From Candidatus Micrarchaeota archaeon (GTDB lineage: Archaea > Micrarchaeota > Micrarchaeia > Norongarragalinales > SBBD01): 32,247 nt of DNA. The notes below the pieces were generated by a model that ran no database searches, was not told the origin of the DNA, and was given only the letters and a program-made list of their open reading frames with translations. Below are positions 27,602 to 32,247 of the stretch, in pieces. Made by a program: the position numbers and the translations under genes. The number at the start of each line of letters is the position of its first letter. Position 1 is the stretch's first letter. The DNA lies in NCBI GenBank assembly GCA_043806595.1, contig JAZDGU010000035.1, forward strand, positions 1 to 32,247, given 5' to 3'.

Positions 27602-27802
27602 TCAGCGCCCCGCAAGCCGGATATCCTCGCCGGTGACAGTCTTGCGGCCGGCGTGCTTGGCGAGGAGGACAGCCTTCTGGGAGACGTCCAAAGAGTATTC
27701 CTCTAGAAGGTCGGCGAGCGCCTCGCTGGCGTCCTCCGACACGCGCTCGGCTCCGGCCTTGCGGATAAGGCGTTCTACGGCTGCAAGCGGCAATTCAGGC
27801 AT
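27602..27802 (-). CDS. Archaeal histone (HMf family)
   Basis: [22 protein letters not shown]...[12 protein letters not shown], 66 aa. Confidence 0.96.
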   Translation of the reverse strand: MPELPLAAVERLIRKAGAERVSEDASEALADLLEEYSLDVSQKAVLLAKHAGRKTVTGEDIRLAGR

Positions 27803-27941
27803 GGGAAAGACCTCTTTTTCGGTAAACAGGATGGGGGGAATGGCCGCCATTGTTTAAAATGGTTGTGCTCAAGGGAAGCGCAGCGGAAACGGGGATGGAA
27901 AGGGGTTTAAGAGCAAACCCCGCCAGAAGGCAAAAGGGGCT

Positions 27942-29603
27942 ATGGACTTAAGCGAGACGATGTTGAAGAAGGGCGCGATGGAGGCCCGCGACTACCAGGC
28001 CAGCATTGCCGAAAGCGTGTTGGAGAAGGGAAACACGCTCGCAATCCTGCCGACGGCGCTGGGGAAGACCTTCGTCGCGGCGATAGTGATTGCAAGAAGG
28101 ATGTGGGAGGAAAGGCAGGGGAAGGCGGTCAGGGCCAAAACGCTGTTCTTGACCCCGACCAAACCCCTCGCGGGCCAGCAGGCTAGGAGGCTAGCGGAAC
28201 TGATGGAACTGGAAGGCAAGAGGGAGGAGATTACGGTCGAAGGCAGGAGGAAACCGTTGGAGATTAAGGAAGTAATGGTAATGAGCGGGGAGACGCCGCC
28301 GGAGGCGAGGGCGAAGGTGTGGGCGAGCCCGATAGTGAAAATCGTGTGCGCGACGCCTCAGACCGTGGAATACGACCTTCTGGCGGGCAGGATGCGGTTG
28401 CAGGAATTCGGGTTGGTCGTGTTCGACGAAGTCCACCGGGCGGTGAAGGAGTACTCCTATTCGTTCGTCGCGAGGGAGGCGGGCAAGATAAACGGCATGC
28501 TGCTTCTGGGTCTGACCGCATCGCCGTCATCGAAAAGGGAGGCAATCAAGGAAATATGCGAGAACCTGAACATCGCGAACGTCGAAATCAGGAGCGACAC
28601 CGACGAGGACGTCAGGAAGTACGTGCAGCAGACGAAGGTGCAGTGGGCGTTCGTCGACTTCCCGAAGGAATTCGAAGGCATCCGCAAGACGCTGCAGGAG
28701 ATGTTGAGGGAAGTGTTGGACGAGTTGAAGGGCCTCGGGGCAATAGAGTCCTCGGACTTCAAGAAGCACAAACGCCAGTTGTTGGAAGCGCGCAAGAAGG
28801 CCATGGAGAAAGTCGGGAAGCGCGAGTTTGAAGGGTATAAGATATTGTCCCTGCAGGCGAAGGCCATGAACATCAGCCATGCGATAGATTTGTTGGAAAG
28901 CGAGGGCCTGCACGCGCTGCATGAGTTCATCAAGGAGATGAGGACGCGAAAGCAGACCAGCAAGGCAGTCAAGCAGTTGAATGAAGACTTCAGGCTGAAG
29001 CTTGTGGAAGTGAAAAGCGAGGAGCTTTTGAAGGCAGGGATGGAGCATCCGAAGTACAGGAAGTTGAAGGCCATTGTTTCCGATGCGGCACGTGACGCGC
29101 AGAGTGTGATTGTGTTTGCCCACTACCGGAACACTGTTGAAAAAATCGTTGACGAGCTCAACGGGTTCGCCGGCATCAAGGCAAGGCAATTTGTTGGGAA
29201 AAGCAAGGAAGGAATGAGCCAAGGCAAGCAGGAACAGGCGCTGCAGGAGTTCCGGGAGAAAAAGTTCAACGTATTGGTCGCGACATCAGTCGCAGAGGAA
29301 GGCATCGACATACCGGCCGTAGATTTAGTCGTATTCTTCGAGGCGGTCCCGAGTGAAATCCGGGCGATCCAACGCAGGGGTAGGACTGGAAGGGTAAAGG
29401 AAGGAAAAGTCATTGTATTGATAACACGTGGAAGCAAGGACGAGGCGTTCCTCTGGATATCCCGCAGGCGGGAGCAACAGATGCGGCAGGTTATCGGGGA
29501 GATGAAACGTGAAAAGGCTGCCCAAAGCCCGGCAAACACCCCCGCAAGTAAACAGGACGAAATTATAATTGGAAACCAGAAACGCGTGTTTGATTTTGTT
29601 TGA
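27942..29603 (+). CDS. Hef/FANCM/Mph1-type SF2 helicase lacking the C-terminal nuclease
   Basis: RDYQ, LPTALGKT, DEVH, GLTASP, ATSVAEEGID, IQRRGRTGR; ends at 553 aa. Confidence 0.95.
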   Translation: MDLSETMLKKGAMEARDYQASIAESVLEKGNTLAILPTALGKTFVAAIVIARRMWEERQGKAVRAKTLFLTPTKPLAGQQARRLAELMELEGKREEITVEGRRKPLEIKEVMVMSGETPPEARAKVWASPIVKIVCATPQTVEYDLLAGRMRLQEFGLVVFDEVHRAVKEYSYSFVAREAGKINGMLLLGLTASPSSKREAIKEICENLNIANVEIRSDTDEDVRKYVQQTKVQWAFVDFPKEFEGIRKTLQEMLREVLDELKGLGAIESSDFKKHKRQLLEARKKAMEKVGKREFEGYKILSLQAKAMNISHAIDLLESEGLHALHEFIKEMRTRKQTSKAVKQLNEDFRLKLVEVKSEELLKAGMEHPKYRKLKAIVSDAARDAQSVIVFAHYRNTVEKIVDELNGFAGIKARQFVGKSKEGMSQGKQEQALQEFREKKFNVLVATSVAEEGIDIPAVDLVVFFEAVPSEIRAIQRRGRTGRVKEGKVIVLITRGSKDEAFLWISRRREQQMRQVIGEMKREKAAQSPANTPASKQDEIIIGNQKRVFDFV

Positions 29604-29818
29604 AAGCCGAAAACAAGCAAAAAAATGGCTCGCTTACAAATTACGGGTGAAAAAAACCATTAAGAATGGTGCGATGTGTGTTGCGTGATGGAAAAAAAGA
29701 ATTAAAATGACCTTAAAGCGGGCTCAAGGAAAAGAACGCAAGACAAGAAGCTAATCACTTCAAAAAAATAATCTAATAATATAAGAAATAAGGAAAAAAG
29801 AAGAACAAACAAGCAGCA

Positions 29819-30384
29819 CAGGTGATGCAAACACAACAAACACTATGCAACACGTGTCTAATAAATACTAAATAATGCGCGTCATGTGTGTTGGGGATGT
29901 AAAATCTAGTGCGTCATGTGTCTTTCAGTTGTTAAGTTTTTTAGTTGTCTTAGGGTGTTAGGCCGTTTTTTGGCTGTTTTTTCCTCCCGGTCATTTAAAG
30001 GAGAAATTGACGGGCCTCGACACCAGTTGCGTTCTCAAGGGTTGGCCGCATTGTTTTCCATTAGCCTTTTGTCCCCTTCATCGCGTCACGTGACGCGTTC
30101 CTTTTTCTTTTTTTATAATTTCATGGCTCAATTATTTTTCGGGAGAACGCAGTTCTTATTTTTTGCGTCACGTGTGGCACAGGGGAACGGCGGTGTTGCC
30201 CTACCCCTAATATCCCCTTTTCTCCTCCCCTTCCTTTCCAGGTGGTTTTCATGAAAATCGATGTGACTGCTTTGTCGTATGCGGAGATTTCCTCCCTTCT
30301 GTCGCGGGCGTGCGGTTCCGGCGCAGCTTTTCACAGAGTCGGGGGCCATGTTGTGCTCCAAATTCCTCCGGCCCGCGTCACGTG
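29819..30384. repeat. Dispersed GCGTCAYGTG motif cluster including the perfect palindrome CGCGTCACGTGACGCG
   Basis: Forward copies at 29879, 29911, 30083, 30165, 30375. Palindrome at 30082-30097. Two-mismatch copies at 29819 (reverse) and 29847 (forward). Confidence 0.85.
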
Positions 30385-30385
30385 A
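30251..30385 (+). CDS. Putative small protein (44 aa)
   Basis: AGGTGG SD-like motif 5 nt upstream; MKIDVTALSYAEISSLLSRACGSGAAFHRVGGHVVLQIPPARVT. Confidence 0.45.
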   Translation: MKIDVTALSYAEISSLLSRACGSGAAFHRVGGHVVLQIPPARVT

Positions 30386-30449
30386 CCGATGCCGGCGGCT
30401 CCACTCGTTTTATTAAATCCCCCCGGCAATATCTTGCGAGCGCACGGGG

Positions 30450-30521
30450 GGGCCGGTAGATCAGCAGCAGATCGCATCGTTCGCAACGATGAGGCCGCGG
30501 GTGCGAGTCCCGCCCGGTCCA
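30450..30521 (+). tRNA. tRNA-Ala(CGC)
   Basis: Acceptor GGGCCGG/CCGGTCC with G3:U70, D stem GATC/GATC, anticodon arm CATCG-TTCGCAA-CGATG, T arm GCGGG/CCCGC; TATA-like TTTATTAAA at 30409-30417. Confidence 0.92.
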
Positions 30522-30522
30522 T

Positions 30523-31197
30523 TCATATCCGAATTTGTTCGTAAGCCGCGAGTTCCCTGCTGGTCAGGCTGCAACCCGCGTTCCTCAACGCGTACACCGC
30601 GGCGTGGAGCGCCCTGCCTTCGTCCTTCCCGAACGGCTTGAAGAAGCCCTGCTCTGCGGCCACTGCCAGGATTTCCGCGGAACGGATGACCTTCATGCCC
30701 TTTGTCTTCTCCCGCCACTTCTCCAACGCCTGCTGGTTCTCGACTAACTGTTCGGAGTATTCCGGCTGGAGCAGCTTGACCATCTTGTGGGGTGCCTCGG
30801 CAAGCAGCCTGAGGGTCTTCTCGTCGACGGCAAGGTGTCTGCACCCGGTCTTGATCATAAGCGCTAGGCAGGCCGCCTCACCGTAGTGTATCAGCTTCAA
30901 CGGCCTTTTTCCCGAACTCAACAGGGAGTTGCCGTATCCCATCACTTCCACCGCCAGGGAATCGGTTTCGGCTTCCGGCACCTCTATTACCCCCTCGTCG
31001 AAAAGCCTCTTGATGCGGAGCGCCGAGAACCCGTACTTCTTGATCTTGCTGGGCGTTCCGACGCTTTCCTCGAAAACCGGCCGCGGCGCCATGAACCGCG
31101 TTCCAAGCCTTCGCTTGATGTACTGGAGAGCGCCCGCGTTGCACGTCTCCGAAAGCGAGATGAGCGCCGACGAGTCGAACACGAGCTTTTTTTCCAT
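30523..31197 (-). CDS. PIN-domain-like conserved archaeal protein
   Basis: VFDSSALI, V..E, IH.GEA..LAL, VDE acidic PIN pattern. Confidence 0.8.
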   Translation of the reverse strand: MEKKLVFDSSALISLSETCNAGALQYIKRRLGTRFMAPRPVFEESVGTPSKIKKYGFSALRIKRLFDEGVIEVPEAETDSLAVEVMGYGNSLLSSGKRPLKLIHYGEAACLALMIKTGCRHLAVDEKTLRLLAEAPHKMVKLLQPEYSEQLVENQQALEKWREKTKGMKVIRSAEILAVAAEQGFFKPFGKDEGRALHAAVYALRNAGCSLTSRELAAYEQIRI

Positions 31198-31203
31198 GGC
31201 CCC

Positions 31204-31668
31204 CTAGAACCTCGGTATGCCCGCCTGCACGATCAGGCCTATGCCTATGATTACCGCCGCGAGCAGCACCGCGACGCCCATGTTCTTCTTCTTGAGCTCC
31301 GCTTGCACGTCTAGGCCGGCGGCCACCTTGTCGAACACGCTCAAGGCGAGGAACTGCGCCCCTACCGCGAGCACCAGCGAGACCGTGAGGTTGAGCGCGC
31401 CCGAGGCAACGCGCCCCCAGAAGTCGTACCTTACCAACTCCATGTCGCCGGGCACTATGGCCAGCACCCCCTGGGCGACGATGATGGCGACCGAGATGAT
31501 TACCGCGCCCAATACGACGCCCACGGCGGCGTTGCCCTTCCTCAACTCTTCCATCTCGTCGATTCTAGTCGTGAGCTTGTCGAAAACCCTGATTGCGAGA
31601 TACTGCGCCACCACCGCGACCACGACCGCGGCGACCAAACGCGCAAGCTGTATGACGACGGTCTCCAT
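31204..31668 (-). CDS. DUF350-like membrane protein (two internal repeats)
   Basis: Repeats FDKLT..IDEMEELRKGNAAVGV and FDKVA..LDVQAELKKKNMGVAV; 4 TM. Confidence 0.85.
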   Translation of the reverse strand: METVVIQLARLVAAVVVAVVAQYLAIRVFDKLTTRIDEMEELRKGNAAVGVVLGAVIISVAIIVAQGVLAIVPGDMELVRYDFWGRVASGALNLTVSLVLAVGAQFLALSVFDKVAAGLDVQAELKKKNMGVAVLLAAVIIGIGLIVQAGIPRF

Positions 31669-31790
31669 GGAATCCCCCCTAACTCCCTCTAATTCCCGCG
31701 GGTTATAAAAGCGTTGTTCCCCCCTTCGCGCATGCCCCCTGTCCCTGTTGTTGTGCTATATATTTCTTTTCCGCCATACTGTTTTTCATC

Positions 31791-31862
31791 GGGCCCGTAG
31801 TCGAGTGGCAAGACGTCGCTTTTACACGGCGAAGACCAGGAGTTCGATTCTCCTCGGGCCCA
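31791..31862 (+). tRNA. tRNA-Val(TAC)
   Basis: Acceptor GGGCCCG/CGGGCCC, anticodon arm TCGCT-TTTACAC-GGCGA, T arm AGGAG-TTCGATT-CTCCT; TATATATT at 31757-31764. Confidence 0.95.
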
Positions 31863-31956
31863 TTACCATATCGCTTGCACTGTGCCCCGCATCCCGAGAC
31901 CCCTGTTCCGGCGGGCCGAAGAAACCTATTAATAGCGGGCGCGCCTTCCTGCTTGC

Positions 31957-32247
31957 ATGCGCACTCCGCGGACGCGCTCCCACCGCGCCTTCATCGCCGC
32001 CCCTCTCGTGGGCACCCTCATATTCCTCATCTGCATGCTCTTCATAGTCTCCATGGGCAGGAGCGAGTCGGCGCGCGTCAACGAGGTCGTCAGCAGGGCG
32101 TACCACAACCGCCTCGCCTCCGTCGTCGAGATCTACCGCAGCGACCTCGGCGTCAACTTCAACACCGGCCTCCAGCGCATCATCGAATACGGCCTGACCT
32201 CCCAGTGCTGGTACAACTTCGCCAACATCAAGACCTACCGCAAGTAC
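31957..32247 (+). CDS. Partial protein with class III (type IV pilin-like) signal peptide
   Basis: Hand translation MRTPRTRSHRA|FIAAPLVGTLIFLICMLFIV...; open to the window end. Confidence 0.7.
   Translation, partial: MRTPRTRSHRAFIAAPLVGTLIFLICMLFIVSMGRSESARVNEVVSRAYHNRLASVVEIYRSDLGVNFNTGLQRIIEYGLTSQCWYNFANIKTYRKY

Larger units (their letters stand above)
29604..30449. other. Long AT-rich, mostly non-coding region at a strand-skew inversion; candidate replication origin / partition locus
   Basis: A-rich left half, T-rich right half, repeated GCGTCAYGTG motif, no credible long ORF. Confidence 0.55.

Noticed and set aside
4016..29620. Numerous long antisense/alternate-frame ORFs (e.g. 4016..5251, 10063..11103, 17977..19035)
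   Set aside because: Shadow ORFs expected in high-GC coding DNA, each overlapping a well-supported gene.
30085..30092. Match to yeast CDEI / E-box (GTCACGTG)
   Set aside because: Short eukaryotic motif, and the context is clearly archaeal; treated as coincidence.
30235..30245. TTTCCAGGTGG as a canonical ORB
   Set aside because: Single partial match with no GAAA/G-string continuation; better explained as the SD of the 30251 ORF.
29916..30254. 112-aa Phe-rich ORF in the track
   Set aside because: Product of T-rich low-complexity DNA, with atypical codons and overlap of the repeat cluster.
29819..30384. Motif cluster as a CRISPR array
   Set aside because: Repeats are only 10-16 bp with irregular spacing and mixed orientation; no cas genes.
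1734..31862. Integrated element at one of the tRNAs
   Set aside because: No integrase and no duplicated tRNA 3' end seen; flanking genes are housekeeping.

Overview
High-GC archaeal chromosome segment, most consistent with a DPANN lineage such as Micrarchaeota (inferred from gene content and style, not verified). It is mostly housekeeping: htpX, cutA, pyrG, mcm, gatD/gatE, pgk, ksgA, minD, an archaeal histone, a Hef helicase and a separately encoded ERCC4 nuclease, and three tRNAs (Glu with a BHB intron, Ala, Val). Surface and membrane proteins and several lineage-specific unknowns are interspersed. I saw no CRISPR array, transposase or integrase. The most striking unexplained structure is an AT-rich, mostly non-coding ~850-bp region at 29.6-30.45 kb. 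There the purine/GC strand skew inverts, and a repeated GCGTCAYGTG motif flips orientation and forms a perfect 16-bp parS-like palindrome. It is a candidate non-canonical replication origin or centromere-like site without canonical ORBs or an adjacent orc1/cdc6. Other leads: a secreted protein that looks like an outer-membrane beta-barrel, a CARF-like/wHTH regulator abutting a cytochrome b5 lipoprotein, an operon of four small membrane proteins, a variant NikR opposite a ZIP transporter with visible operator repeats, and two homopolymer frameshifts. All calls are by eye and no searches were run.
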